A DNA stretch of 61,813 nt from Nitrosomonas sp. (GCA_021774265.1 JAJFJG010000063.1:1-61813), one strand, 5' to 3'. Shown: positions 11,481 to 22,154, counted from the stretch's first letter. Numbers and translations: made by a program. Notes: a model not told the origin generated them from the sequence alone.

Positions 11481-12695
11481 ATGGAAGATATTCTTTATCT
11501 TACCCATCGAATTCCCTACCCACCAAACAAGGGCGACAAAATACGCTCTTACCATTTATTAAAACACTTGAGCCAAAACTATCACGTTCACCTTGGCACA
11601 TTTATTGATGATAAAGACGATTGGAAACACGTTGATAAAGTTAAAAGTCTCTGTGCTGAAGCTTATTTTGCAAGTCTCAATCCATTTGTTGCGCGGTTAC
11701 ATTGTCTACCCGCACTATTTACTCATGATCCGTTAACCTTAGCCTTTTATAAAAACAATCAGTTCCAAAATTGGGTCAATACACAGATTAAAACAAAAAC
11801 GATTCGAAAGATATTAATTTTCTCAGCTGCCATGGCGCAATTTGCACAACATCATTCCTCGTTACACCGCGTGATTGATCTTGTTGATATTGACTCAGAT
11901 AAATGGAGACAGTATGCAGAGACTAAAGCTTGGCCAAAAAGCTGGATTTACCAACGTGAATCAAAGTTATTGCTGGATTATGAGAAGAAAATAACACAAG
12001 AGTTCGATAGCACATGTTTTGTTTCAGAAAAAGAAGCCCATATCTTCCAACAGCTAACACCAGAAGATGCAAATAAAGTTACCTTTTTCAATAATGGTGT
12101 TGATACTGATTTTTTTACGCCAGACAGGGAATATAACAATCCATATCCCGATCAAACAGAAATCATTGTTTTTACAGGAGCAATGGATTACTGGGCAAAT
12201 ATAGATGCGGTTGAATGGTTCGCTAAAGAAATTTTTCCTAAAATTTCTGCGAGTCGACCAGATATACAGTTTTATATCGTCGGTAGTCGGCCTAGTGCTA
12301 AAGTTAAAGCACTAGCCTCTTTACCCAACATCACTGTCACTGGATTTGTTGAAGAGACAAGGCCCTATTTAGCTCATGCGTCTCTCATTGTAGCACCATT
12401 AAGAATTGCTAGAGGAATACAAAACAAAGTATTAGAGGCAATGTCCATGGGAAAGGTCGTTATCACGTCTCCACAAGCCTTAGAAGGCATCAATGCAACA
12501 CCTCAAAAAGAATTACTTGTTGCTACTGACGAGAATGCTTTCGCTCAACAGATTATCGCATCACTCCAATCAAGTAGCACTGCCTCCATTGGTCAAGCAG
12601 CTAGATCTTGTGTCTTATCTAACTACAGCTGGGAAAATAATTTAAAGCGTATTGACCAGTTACTATCCGGATCACTAAAAACCCAATCAATATGA
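11481..12695 (+). CDS. GT4 glycosyltransferase, PEP-CTERM/XrtA system (TIGR03087-like)
   Basis: HRIPYPPNKGDKIRS, DIDSDKWRQY, FTGAMDYWAN, RGIQNKVLEAM. Confidence 0.92.
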   Translation: MEDILYLTHRIPYPPNKGDKIRSYHLLKHLSQNYHVHLGTFIDDKDDWKHVDKVKSLCAEAYFASLNPFVARLHCLPALFTHDPLTLAFYKNNQFQNWVNTQIKTKTIRKILIFSAAMAQFAQHHSSLHRVIDLVDIDSDKWRQYAETKAWPKSWIYQRESKLLLDYEKKITQEFDSTCFVSEKEAHIFQQLTPEDANKVTFFNNGVDTDFFTPDREYNNPYPDQTEIIVFTGAMDYWANIDAVEWFAKEIFPKISASRPDIQFYIVGSRPSAKVKALASLPNITVTGFVEETRPYLAHASLIVAPLRIARGIQNKVLEAMSMGKVVITSPQALEGINATPQKELLVATDENAFAQQIIASLQSSSTASIGQAARSCVLSNYSWENNLKRIDQLLSGSLKTQSI

Positions 12696-14257
12696 ACACA
12701 CTGACTTCACTTAACCAATATGATGTGACAACTGATAATCATTTGAAGATAGCTTCTTTGATCACAATTATAGTTATCATGGGAATTCTTGGTATTTATT
12801 ATCAAACAACGTGGTCTATGGTTGCTACCTGGAATCGCTCAGAGACTTATGCGCATGGGTTTCTTATTCTGCCATTTAGTATTTATATGATATGGACACG
12901 ACGGCGACAATTACTATTACTTGATCACCAACCCAACTTTCTTGCTTTAATAGCGCTCTGCGGTCTTGGTTTCATATGGCTTATTGCTACACTGGCCAGT
13001 GTACAAATTGTAACACAATACATGTTGGTTGCCATAATACCCATTATTGTCTGGGCTATATTAGGTAACCACATATTAATAGCAACGGCTTTCCCATTAG
13101 TATATCTCTTCTTTGCCGTGCCATTTGGAGATGTACTGATACCACCACTCATTGATTTTACCGCTGACTTCACAGTACGCGCGCTTCAATTAACTGGGGT
13201 GCCCGTCTTTCGTGAAGGAACATTTTTCTCACTGCCGACAGGCAACTGGTCTGTCGTAGAAGCATGTAGCGGGCTGCGTTATCTCATTGCATCAGTCACC
13301 TTAGGCACACTGTATGCTTATCTGACATATTTTAGTTTTAAACGCCGAATTATTTTTATCATTCTATCGATAATCGTGCCCATTATTGCCAATGGCATTC
13401 GTGCTTATCTAATCGTAATGACAGGCCATTTAAGCGGGATGACATTAGCAGTCGGAGTAGATCATCTGATTTATGGCTGGATATTTTTTGGTTTTGTCAT
13501 GTTGTTATTATTTTGGATTGGTTCTTTCTGGCGTGAGGATGATGAAATAAAACAAGTTACACACACAAACAAAAACCACAATAAAACCAACACATCTTCA
13601 TCGCTTAACAGAACTTTATTAATGGCTTTCACTGTATTTTTTGTTGCTTTAATCTGGCCAATATCTGCCTCCTATATAGACAAACAAACAAAATTGAATG
13701 CAACTCACAAAATTGAAATAAACTATCCGCAAAAAGACTGGTCAGTTAATTCAAACCCAATGACTAATTGGGAACCTATTTATGTGGGTGAACCTACCAA
13801 ACTTTATAATAATTACCAACATAATAATAAAAGGGTTAGTCTTTTTATCACTTACTACCATAACCAACATCAAGGCAATGAACTCATTAGCTTTGGAAAT
13901 ATTTTGGTAAAAGAGCAAGATGACATCTGGCGCAATATCAATGAGACAACACGTACTGTTGTCATAAATTCACAAGAATTAAAAATTCGCCAAACACAAC
14001 TCCAATCAAGTTCTTCTAAACTACTAGTTTGGCGTTGGTACTGGCTTGATGATTTTGAAACAATCAGCCCTTATGTTGCTAAAGCACTACTCGCAAAAAG
14101 CATGCTATTTTCTAATAGTGACGGCGGTGCTGAGATAATACTGGCCAGTCATTATGAAAATTCGATAGATGAGGCTACTGAGGCCATGAATCAATTTTTA
14201 AGTGATTTGAAACCATCAATATTGGCTGGGCTACGTAAGGCAGAAGAGCCTTTCTAA
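12692..14257 (+). CDS. xrtA: exosortase A (EpsH) fused to a C-terminal EpsI domain
   Basis: Multi-TM; catalytic Cys (VVEACSGLRY), Arg (ANGIRAY), His (VDHLIYGW); periplasmic EpsI-like C-terminus (LVWRWYW). Confidence 0.95.
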   Translation: MNTLTSLNQYDVTTDNHLKIASLITIIVIMGILGIYYQTTWSMVATWNRSETYAHGFLILPFSIYMIWTRRRQLLLLDHQPNFLALIALCGLGFIWLIATLASVQIVTQYMLVAIIPIIVWAILGNHILIATAFPLVYLFFAVPFGDVLIPPLIDFTADFTVRALQLTGVPVFREGTFFSLPTGNWSVVEACSGLRYLIASVTLGTLYAYLTYFSFKRRIIFIILSIIVPIIANGIRAYLIVMTGHLSGMTLAVGVDHLIYGWIFFGFVMLLLFWIGSFWREDDEIKQVTHTNKNHNKTNTSSSLNRTLLMAFTVFFVALIWPISASYIDKQTKLNATHKIEINYPQKDWSVNSNPMTNWEPIYVGEPTKLYNNYQHNNKRVSLFITYYHNQHQGNELISFGNILVKEQDDIWRNINETTRTVVINSQELKIRQTQLQSSSSKLLVWRWYWLDDFETISPYVAKALLAKSMLFSNSDGGAEIILASHYENSIDEATEAMNQFLSDLKPSILAGLRKAEEPF

Positions 14258-15400
14258 ATGAAATCAAGAAAACCACCTCTTATTGTTCATGTTATCTATC
14301 ATCTTGATATTGGCGGTTTAGAAAACGGCTTGGTTAATCTTATTAATCATTTACCGTCTGATCGATACCGACACGCAATTATTTGTTTAAAAGGGTATAC
14401 CGATTTTTATCATCGGATAACCAGAAAAGATGTAAAAATAATTGCATTAAATAAAGAGGAAGGCCTTGACCCCAAGTTATATCTTAATCTTTTTAAAGCA
14501 CTACGTCAGTTAAAGCCTGATATTGTTCACACAAGAAATCTTGGGACAATGGAAGCACAACTTATCTCGGTTGTAGCTCGTGTGAAAGCACGGATACATG
14601 GGGAACATGGTCGAGACATGTTTGATCTTAATGGCGATAATCGCAAGTATAATTTACTACGTAAATTAATCAGCCCATTTATTAATCATTTCATCACTGT
14701 AAGTAAAGACCTCGAAACATGGTTAGTTAACACAATTGGTGTATCACCCAATAAAATCACACAAATTTACAATGGTGTTAATAATCGTCGTTTTCACACG
14801 AACCTAAAAAAATTTACTGAATTAGGTCCAACGGGTTTCTTTGATGAAAACACATTTGTTATTGGTAGCGTTGGAAGAATGGCTGCAGTAAAAAACTATC
14901 CAGCACTAGTTCGCGCTTTCATACAGACTCTTAAAAAACAGCCATCCGCTCGCAAGTATCTTCGTCTATTAATCGTCGGTGAAGGTATTACACGTAATGA
15001 GTGTGTAGCATTAGCAAAAAAAGAGAATATTGATAACCTTGTTTGGTTTCCTGGCGAAAGAACAGATATTCCGACACTCATGCAATCAATGGATTTGTTT
15101 GTATTACCCTCACTTGGGGAAGGCATCTCTAATACGATCCTAGAAGCAATGTCTTGTGGTTTACCTGTTGTAGCCACCAGTGTTGGCGGAAATGTCGAGC
15201 TAGTTAAAGAAGGGGTTACCGGAAGACTCATTGAGGCAGGCAATCTATCTGAAATGACGGAAGCTATATTAAATTATTACACCGACGCTCAATTAGTAAA
15301 AGATCATGGTGCAGCAGCACGCCAACAAATCGAGGCAAACTTTAGCATGGACGCAATGATGAAAGCCTATCTAAGCGTCTATGACAAAGTCTTACAATAA
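14258..15400 (+). CDS. GT4 glycosyltransferase, PEP-CTERM/XrtA system (TIGR03088-like)
   Basis: GGLENGLVNLIN, HGEHGRD, EGISNTILEAM (EX7E). Confidence 0.92.
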   Translation: MKSRKPPLIVHVIYHLDIGGLENGLVNLINHLPSDRYRHAIICLKGYTDFYHRITRKDVKIIALNKEEGLDPKLYLNLFKALRQLKPDIVHTRNLGTMEAQLISVVARVKARIHGEHGRDMFDLNGDNRKYNLLRKLISPFINHFITVSKDLETWLVNTIGVSPNKITQIYNGVNNRRFHTNLKKFTELGPTGFFDENTFVIGSVGRMAAVKNYPALVRAFIQTLKKQPSARKYLRLLIVGEGITRNECVALAKKENIDNLVWFPGERTDIPTLMQSMDLFVLPSLGEGISNTILEAMSCGLPVVATSVGGNVELVKEGVTGRLIEAGNLSEMTEAILNYYTDAQLVKDHGAAARQQIEANFSMDAMMKAYLSVYDKVLQ

Positions 15401-15465
15401 AAACCATATGCAAACCTCATTGAACTTACTTTCAGTGAAAATAATTTTAAAAAAGGAAAAATAAT

Positions 15466-17397
15466 ATGTGTGGAATTGTTGGTCTGTTTGATATGTACAA
15501 TAAAAATGAAATAGACAAACAACAGCTTGAACGCATGAATCAAACACAAGTTCATCGCGGACCCAACGAAGGTGACATCTATACTGAACCAGGTATTGGT
15601 TTGGGACATCGTCGTTTATCTATTATTGATGTGTCTAGTGGTCAGCAACCACTTTTTAACGAAGACGGCAGCGTTGTCGTTGTATTCAATGGTGAGATTT
15701 ATAATTTCAAGTTACTCGTTAATGAATTAACGGTTCTTGGCCATAAATTTCGTACGCACAGTGACACAGAGGTAATCGTACATGCTTGGGAAGAATGGGG
15801 TGAACGTTGTGTTGAACGTTTTCGCGGCATGTTCGCTTTTGGTTTATGGGATCGAAACCAAGAAACACTCTTTATGGCTCGAGATAGATTAGGCATAAAA
15901 CCATTTTACTATGCATTACTTGAGAATGGATCGTTTATTTTCTCATCTGAACTAAAAGCAATTCTAGCTCACGCTGGTTTTAATCGAGAAATGGACCCTC
16001 GTGCGATAGAAGATTACTTTTCTTACGGCTATATACCAGAACCAAAAACAATATTTAAACAAGCCAACAAACTTTCTCCCGGTTTTAGTTTGTCTGTACG
16101 TAGAGGGCAAACATCACTGCGACCTAAGCAATATTGGGACGTTCCATTTACACCACATGACACTATCAGTGAACAAGAAGCTCAAGAAGATTTAATCACT
16201 AGATTGCGCGATTCAGTCAATGTCCATTTAATGACAGAAGTGCCCCTTGGCGCATTCCTATCTGGCGGCGTCGATTCTAGTGCTGTCGTAGCAATGATGA
16301 GTGGTTTGATGGACGAACCCGTCAATACATGCTCTATCTCTTTTGGTGACCCAAAATTTAATGAGTCTTCCTATGCTCAGGAAATTGCTAATCGTTATCA
16401 AACCAAACATTACGTAGAGCAGGTTGGGCAAGACGATTTTGATCTAATTGACGAATTAGCTGCTTTATATGATGAACCTTTTGCTGACAGTTCAGCAATG
16501 CCTACTTACCGTGTCTGTGAGCTGGCAAAGAAAAAAGTAACAGTGGTCTTATCGGGTGATGGGGGCGATGAAAATTTGGCTGGATACCGTCGATATCGCT
16601 GGCAAATGTATGAGGAGAAAACTAGATCAATACTTTCGCACAAAATACGTAAACCACTATTTAGCTTATTAGGAAACCTTTACCCTAAGGCTGATTGGGC
16701 ACCTAAATTTTTGCGAGCAAAAGCAACCTTTGAAGCATTGGCTCGAGATTCCGTAGAAGGCTACTTCCATAGTGTTTCTATTATGGATAATAAAATGCGG
16801 CAACGCCTATTCACTCCTTCTTTCAAAAATGATTTACAAGAATATCACGCAATCGAGGTATTAAGAGAATACGCAAATCAATGCCCAGCAGAGGATCCAT
16901 TATCGCGTGTGCAATACATAGACATCAAGACATATCTTGTTGGAGACATTCTTACCAAGGTAGACAGAGCCAGTATGGCACATTCCTTAGAAGTCCGAGT
17001 ACCACTATTGGATCATGAATTAGTTGAGTGGGTTTCAGGATTGCCCGCTTCTCTTAAATTAAAAGGTACGGAAGGCAAGTACATATTCAAAAAATCACTA
17101 GAACCCTATCTTTCAAACAATATACTTTATCGAGACAAAATGGGGTTCTCCATTCCGATCGCAAGCTGGTTTAGAGGCGAGTTACGTGAACGATTGCGCA
17201 GAGCGATTCTAGGCCCGGTACTGGCTGAAACGGGCATATTTAACACTAAATTTCTCGAGGAAATGCTTGATCACCATCAATCAGGGAGAAGAGACTATAG
17301 CGCACCACTATGGACGCTATTAATGTTTGAGTCTTTTTTACGTAATACATACCACCTTGAAAAGCTAAACAATTCAACTGAACCTAAGGTTGCGTGA
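15466..17397 (+). CDS. XrtA/PEP-CTERM system amidotransferase (asparagine synthetase B-like)
   Basis: Ntn nucleophile MCG, HRRLSIID, NGEIYN, FLSGGVDSS, SGDGGDE, KVDRASMAHSLEVRVP; last gene of the EPS operon. Confidence 0.92.
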   Translation: MCGIVGLFDMYNKNEIDKQQLERMNQTQVHRGPNEGDIYTEPGIGLGHRRLSIIDVSSGQQPLFNEDGSVVVVFNGEIYNFKLLVNELTVLGHKFRTHSDTEVIVHAWEEWGERCVERFRGMFAFGLWDRNQETLFMARDRLGIKPFYYALLENGSFIFSSELKAILAHAGFNREMDPRAIEDYFSYGYIPEPKTIFKQANKLSPGFSLSVRRGQTSLRPKQYWDVPFTPHDTISEQEAQEDLITRLRDSVNVHLMTEVPLGAFLSGGVDSSAVVAMMSGLMDEPVNTCSISFGDPKFNESSYAQEIANRYQTKHYVEQVGQDDFDLIDELAALYDEPFADSSAMPTYRVCELAKKKVTVVLSGDGGDENLAGYRRYRWQMYEEKTRSILSHKIRKPLFSLLGNLYPKADWAPKFLRAKATFEALARDSVEGYFHSVSIMDNKMRQRLFTPSFKNDLQEYHAIEVLREYANQCPAEDPLSRVQYIDIKTYLVGDILTKVDRASMAHSLEVRVPLLDHELVEWVSGLPASLKLKGTEGKYIFKKSLEPYLSNNILYRDKMGFSIPIASWFRGELRERLRRAILGPVLAETGIFNTKFLEEMLDHHQSGRRDYSAPLWTLLMFESFLRNTYHLEKLNNSTEPKVA

Positions 17398-17441
17398 AAT
17401 TAACAAATAATTTACAAAACGAAAAAGCATCATTCAAACGC

Positions 17442-17478
17442 AAAATGGGAAAACCAAATTATTTGGCTTTCCCATTTT
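17442..17478. terminator. bidirectional intrinsic terminator between convergent EPS and DAB operons
   Basis: AAAATGGGAAA-ACCAAA-tta-TTTGGC-TTTCCCATTTT inverted repeat. Confidence 0.85.
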
Positions 17479-17496
17479 CATTGATCAATAAGCCGT

Positions 17497-18999
17497 TCAC
17501 TTGGGGAAAGGTATACGTGACAGCCAAGCTTGGGACGCTGCCTCATTAACACTCAAAATCATGTCTGGGAAGAAACCAAAAACTAGAACTAAAAATGCAG
17601 GCACGCAAAGTAATAGTAATTCGCGTTTTTGTAAATCTTGCGTTTGGAGAACATCGTTATGCTTAATCGGACCTAGAAAAGCACGACGCGTATATGACAG
17701 CATATAGGCAGCACCCAAAATAGCACCTGCCAACGCGGCAATTCCTAAGCCCGTATTTGCCGACAGAGCACCAACAATCATTAGGAATTCGGCGGGAAAG
17801 CCACTTGTACCTGGAATTCCAATACTGGCAAGTAGAAATAAGAAATACAAACAAGTCAGTTTAGGCATTACTTTAGCTAGACCACCTAAATGAATCACAT
17901 CAGTGCTGCCTAAACGGTGTTGAATAAACCCGGCGATAAGAATTAAAGCGCTGGCAATCAATGTAAAGTTAAGCATTTGAAATACTGCACCTTGAACACC
18001 TTGCAAATTGAGTGATGCAATACCAATTATAACCAATCCAACATGGCTGATACTGGCATATGCAAGTAAGCGTCTCAAGTTAGTTTGCCGCAAAGCTATC
18101 AAAGCACCATATACGAGTGTAATGGCACCCAGTATAGATAACATCCAAATAAATTCAACTGAGGCAGTTGGTGCCAACGGCATAGTAAATCGAAGAATGC
18201 CGTATAAACCAAGTTTCAGCCCCATCAATAAAGCAACAATATGAGTCGGTCCTTCCATTGCCGCTGCTGGCAACCATGTATGAAAAGGCACCAGCGGCGC
18301 CTTTACCGCAAAACCAAATAATAACAGCATGAATACAACAGTCTGCAAATTCTCATGTAATGGCGTTTCTAACAATACAGGCAAACTAAAAGACAAATCA
18401 TACGGTATGCTACCGCCTATCTGAAGAGCATGATTTGATGCCAGAATAATAATTGCTAATAATAATGGAACACCACCAAACAACATAAACAATGTGTATT
18501 TCATTGCGGCACTACGTCGTTGTGAACCGATACCCCACAGCCCAATCAGAAATAAAAATGGCGGCAACGTTAGTTCCCAGAACAAGAAAAATAACATCAT
18601 GTCTAAGGCACAAAAGACACCAATTGTTACAGCTTCAAGCGCCAATAATAATGAAAAATGAAAACGCGGGTTGTATTGTGTGGAGTTCCAACAAGCCAGC
18701 ATCGCAACAATTGTCAATAGGGCAGTCAATGGCAAAAATAGTATAGAAATACCATCAACACCAACAAGATATTCAATGTTTAATAGCGGAATCCACGCAT
18801 ATTGCTCCACTAACTGAAAATCAGCATTGGCGCTATCAAAAAACAGCAAGGCAAGAAGCGTTAGTAATAATTCAAAACTAGCAATACCCAGTGCAATTGT
18901 CTTGGCTTGTTTGGCATTACTGACAGCGCCTACCGCAATGGCACCAAATAAAGGGAGCAGAATAATAAGCGTTAATAGTGGAAAATTAATATCACTCAT
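17497..18999 (-). CDS. NuoM/MrpD-like proton-conducting membrane subunit (DAB-associated)
   Basis: 500 aa, highly hydrophobic; VGVDGIS, FWE, AVKAPLVPFHTWLP, LKLGLYG, AYASISH, PGTSGFPAE. Confidence 0.9.
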   Translation of the reverse strand: MSDINFPLLTLIILLPLFGAIAVGAVSNAKQAKTIALGIASFELLLTLLALLFFDSANADFQLVEQYAWIPLLNIEYLVGVDGISILFLPLTALLTIVAMLACWNSTQYNPRFHFSLLLALEAVTIGVFCALDMMLFFLFWELTLPPFLFLIGLWGIGSQRRSAAMKYTLFMLFGGVPLLLAIIILASNHALQIGGSIPYDLSFSLPVLLETPLHENLQTVVFMLLLFGFAVKAPLVPFHTWLPAAAMEGPTHIVALLMGLKLGLYGILRFTMPLAPTASVEFIWMLSILGAITLVYGALIALRQTNLRRLLAYASISHVGLVIIGIASLNLQGVQGAVFQMLNFTLIASALILIAGFIQHRLGSTDVIHLGGLAKVMPKLTCLYFLFLLASIGIPGTSGFPAEFLMIVGALSANTGLGIAALAGAILGAAYMLSYTRRAFLGPIKHNDVLQTQDLQKRELLLLCVPAFLVLVFGFFPDMILSVNEAASQAWLSRIPFPK

Positions 19000-20578
19000 C
19001 TTCGGTGTCCTTGGTATTAGTCAATACAGTGTCAGAATGTTGTTCATAATAGGATGACGAGTGCAATGCGCTCATCGGTGACACACCCTGATCTATAATA
19101 TGTATCCAGGGCGACGTGTTCAAGCCAACACTGATAATTAATGTACAAATGACAGCCGCAATTATACCTTCATTCTTAAGCGAAGGTGGCGTGCTGACTT
19201 TTGGAGAATATACAAAAGGGCCTTGAAAACGTATTGGCTCAGCAATAAAAATCTGTTGGAAAGCGCGTAGCAATAATGCCGCGGCTAAAACATTACCAAA
19301 AAGTATCGCTATAGAAACAATCCAACCAGAACCTTTAATTGTTCCTTCCACCAACAAGTGAATACCATCAAATCCAGGTGTTCCAGGCATAACCATTGTA
19401 CTCAACGCACAAACAACAAATAAAACGGCGATGGCAGCATTGGAATCAAACATGCCACCTAAACGTGGGATAAATGAAGTATGTGTTCGTTTATAAATCA
19501 TACCAATGACAAACAACATACCGGCTGTTGCAAGGCCAAAGGTGAGAGATAACAAAATGCTGCCTTCCATGCCGTAAGTGTTGAAATCAAAAACACCGAT
19601 AATCAGCATACCTGTTTGGCTGATCACAGCAAATGCAAGCAAGCGTCGAATATTGATTTGCATTAATGCTAATAATGCACCATAAAAAATACCAATTAGT
19701 CCAAGTATAATTACGAAATCAGTCCACTGTTCAGCAACTTCTGGCAAGAAAGGAATAACAAACCGAATAACGGCATAAATTCCAAGTTTTAGTCCAATTA
19801 AGAAAATACCTGCACTAGCAATCGTGCCTTGCTCTGCAAGTACCGGTAACCATCCATGAAATGGAAATAATGGCATACGGATGGCAAAACCAAAAAATAG
19901 CAGAGTAAAAATTAATGTCGCATATTCAAGTGCGGCATCACTATGCCGGAGCACAGTCCAGTCAAACGATACCGTATCACTTGATCCCATGACACCAAAC
20001 CCAAGCATCAAGAAACCACACAGAACCATTAACAAACCACTACCCCAATGTTGCAATAATAACGCAACAACCCAGCGTCGATTCTGTCCAGAACCACCAC
20101 GAATAGTCATTATTACAATAGGAACTAGCTCAAGTAGGCATGCAAGCCAGAATTGCAATGCATTCATAGCCGAGAACGCTGCAATTAGAATAGCTCCGTA
20201 TCCTAGTATGCAGGCAATTTGTATCCTATCTGAAGCACGCCGAGTCGTTAATGTATAAATTAACGCCACCAGCATTAGTATGGCCGTTAAGGGAATAAAT
20301 AAGATACTAGCGCCATCAACACCAACAGAATAGTTAAAAATTATATTCTGAAATTGTTCATACAATTGAATGCCGGGGCGGTCAGTTTCAAAAACAGACA
20401 GAAGATAAATGCTAAGTAAAATAGTTATTATTGTCGCGACAAATCCAGTACGCAACGCTAGAACTGCCGAAGGTAACAGCAAAACTATAAGCATTGCTAT
20501 TAGTGGGATCAGCGTTAATGTTGTTAATAACGGAAATGCCGCCGTTTCCGACCATAGGGTTATATTTACAGTATTCAT
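18992..20578 (-). CDS. divergent NuoM/MrpD-like membrane subunit (DAB-associated)
   Basis: VGVDGAS, FAIRMPLFPFHGWLP, LKLGIY, PGTPGFD. ATG 20578 with SD GAGGA preferred over track start 20602. Confidence 0.87.
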   Translation of the reverse strand: MNTVNITLWSETAAFPLLTTLTLIPLIAMLIVLLLPSAVLALRTGFVATIITILLSIYLLSVFETDRPGIQLYEQFQNIIFNYSVGVDGASILFIPLTAILMLVALIYTLTTRRASDRIQIACILGYGAILIAAFSAMNALQFWLACLLELVPIVIMTIRGGSGQNRRWVVALLLQHWGSGLLMVLCGFLMLGFGVMGSSDTVSFDWTVLRHSDAALEYATLIFTLLFFGFAIRMPLFPFHGWLPVLAEQGTIASAGIFLIGLKLGIYAVIRFVIPFLPEVAEQWTDFVIILGLIGIFYGALLALMQINIRRLLAFAVISQTGMLIIGVFDFNTYGMEGSILLSLTFGLATAGMLFVIGMIYKRTHTSFIPRLGGMFDSNAAIAVLFVVCALSTMVMPGTPGFDGIHLLVEGTIKGSGWIVSIAILFGNVLAAALLLRAFQQIFIAEPIRFQGPFVYSPKVSTPPSLKNEGIIAAVICTLIISVGLNTSPWIHIIDQGVSPMSALHSSSYYEQHSDTVLTNTKDTEDE

Positions 20579-20585
20579 CAAATCC

Positions 20586-22154
20586 TCAAATTGAAGACGC
20601 AAACATCAAAACCAGAAATACAAATAAAACAAGATAACGTGGTTTAAGTAGCAATTTCTCAAGTGTATTCGCAGCATGACCAAGTTGGCGACCAATATCA
20701 ACCATTCCTACACCAACACCACGTAGAACCAGTCGTTCTTCAAACCAACTCATGGCACTTGCCATCCATTCCAACAGCTTTCCTGCAAAACCTTTTCCCC
20801 TAGCCAATTTATTCAGCTCCAGATTAGGTTGTTCAGTCAAGGTCTTTTGTTCCAATTGCGCCAGTGATGAGATCGCCATAGCTGCCGATGTAGGTGTTCC
20901 CATCGCTCTATCAATTACTTTATTATCAAAATATTCCAAATCTCGGCCCAATCCGTTAATTGGTCTAACTAACGTACGATCAATGATTGGATCTAACCAA
21001 AAACGTTGTAACGAAGCAATATATAACCAACGTTGATTTGCAATACTTTTTGATATTGGTCTCATTGGGTTGCCATGCACATAGTGCAACAATGATGGCG
21101 CTGTCATTACCTGATAGCCTCTCACCACGGCATGCGCACATAAATGCCAAGTTGCTAACTCCCAAAACCCTAATCCACAAGCTAGAAACATTAAACCAAT
21201 CTGGCCAGTAATCGCAAAACATATTGAGCTTTTTACATCTGTCTGAGTTAACCCTACAATAAGGCTGTATATCGCAGTAAACAAGCCGACAATAATCAAC
21301 AACGCCATTGTTAAAGGTGCTTTTTCAATTATCGGTTGAAGTAAAATCACCAAAAAGACACCCGCATGGATCATAACTGCACCGTAAAACAATGCACTTG
21401 AAGGCGTCGGACCTTCCATTGCCCTTGCTAACCAAGGTGTAAAAGGTAACTGTGCAGACTTAGCTATCGCAGCCACAACAAAACACAAACTAATAACAGT
21501 CGCTGTTGGCATTGTTAGCTGCTCGGAAAAAGAATTTAAGTCACTCCAATTGACTGTCCCTACATAATAAAAAGATAAACCAATACCTAATAAAAATCCG
21601 GCATCACCAACACGGTTGGTAACAAAAACGCGTGTTGCATTAATCGTTGCAATAGGTCGATCATAGGCAAATAATATTAAGAAATATGAACATACTCCTG
21701 CAATCTCCCAGCCTATGAAAGTGCTTACAGCATTACCTGATAACACTATCAAAAGCATGGCAAAAGAAAACAAGCTCAGCGTAAAAAAGAAACGATGAAA
21801 TCCTGCTTCCTTATGTATGTAGTTAATTGAGAACCGAGTAATAATGACCAGAATAATAGAAAACAATAAAGCTGCAAAAACATTAAACCCACTTGAAATG
21901 AAATTTACTTCAATCTTCAGTAAGTCACTTGCAAGCCATTGCCCGACATAAAATGACCCCTTGTTCATTCCCAGCAAGTCAAAAATAAAAAGCGCAATTG
22001 ATAAAAAGCAAGAAACTACAATTGCATTTTTTGCAATAGAAACAGTCGTACTTTCTCCTTCTCTACCACTAATCTTGTCAAAAAAATGACCAAAACCAAT
22101 AATAATTGCAGCCAACAATGGTAGCAGAGGTATAAATACAGCCAGAAAATCCAT
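20586..22154 (-). CDS. dabB: DabB/NuoL-like membrane subunit of an inorganic carbon transporter
   Basis: 522 aa; FIGWE, NRVGDAG, AKSAQLPF.PWLARAMEGPTPSSA, QTDVKS (NuoL/MrpA type); begins 1 nt after the DabA stop. Confidence 0.85.
   Translation of the reverse strand: MDFLAVFIPLLPLLAAIIIGFGHFFDKISGREGESTTVSIAKNAIVVSCFLSIALFIFDLLGMNKGSFYVGQWLASDLLKIEVNFISSGFNVFAALLFSIILVIITRFSINYIHKEAGFHRFFFTLSLFSFAMLLIVLSGNAVSTFIGWEIAGVCSYFLILFAYDRPIATINATRVFVTNRVGDAGFLLGIGLSFYYVGTVNWSDLNSFSEQLTMPTATVISLCFVVAAIAKSAQLPFTPWLARAMEGPTPSSALFYGAVMIHAGVFLVILLQPIIEKAPLTMALLIIVGLFTAIYSLIVGLTQTDVKSSICFAITGQIGLMFLACGLGFWELATWHLCAHAVVRGYQVMTAPSLLHYVHGNPMRPISKSIANQRWLYIASLQRFWLDPIIDRTLVRPINGLGRDLEYFDNKVIDRAMGTPTSAAMAISSLAQLEQKTLTEQPNLELNKLARGKGFAGKLLEWMASAMSWFEERLVLRGVGVGMVDIGRQLGHAANTLEKLLLKPRYLVLFVFLVLMFASSI

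Noticed and set aside
15466-17397. Housekeeping asparagine synthetase asnB
   Set aside because: Context as the last gene of the XrtA EPS operon favours the EPS-associated amidotransferase.
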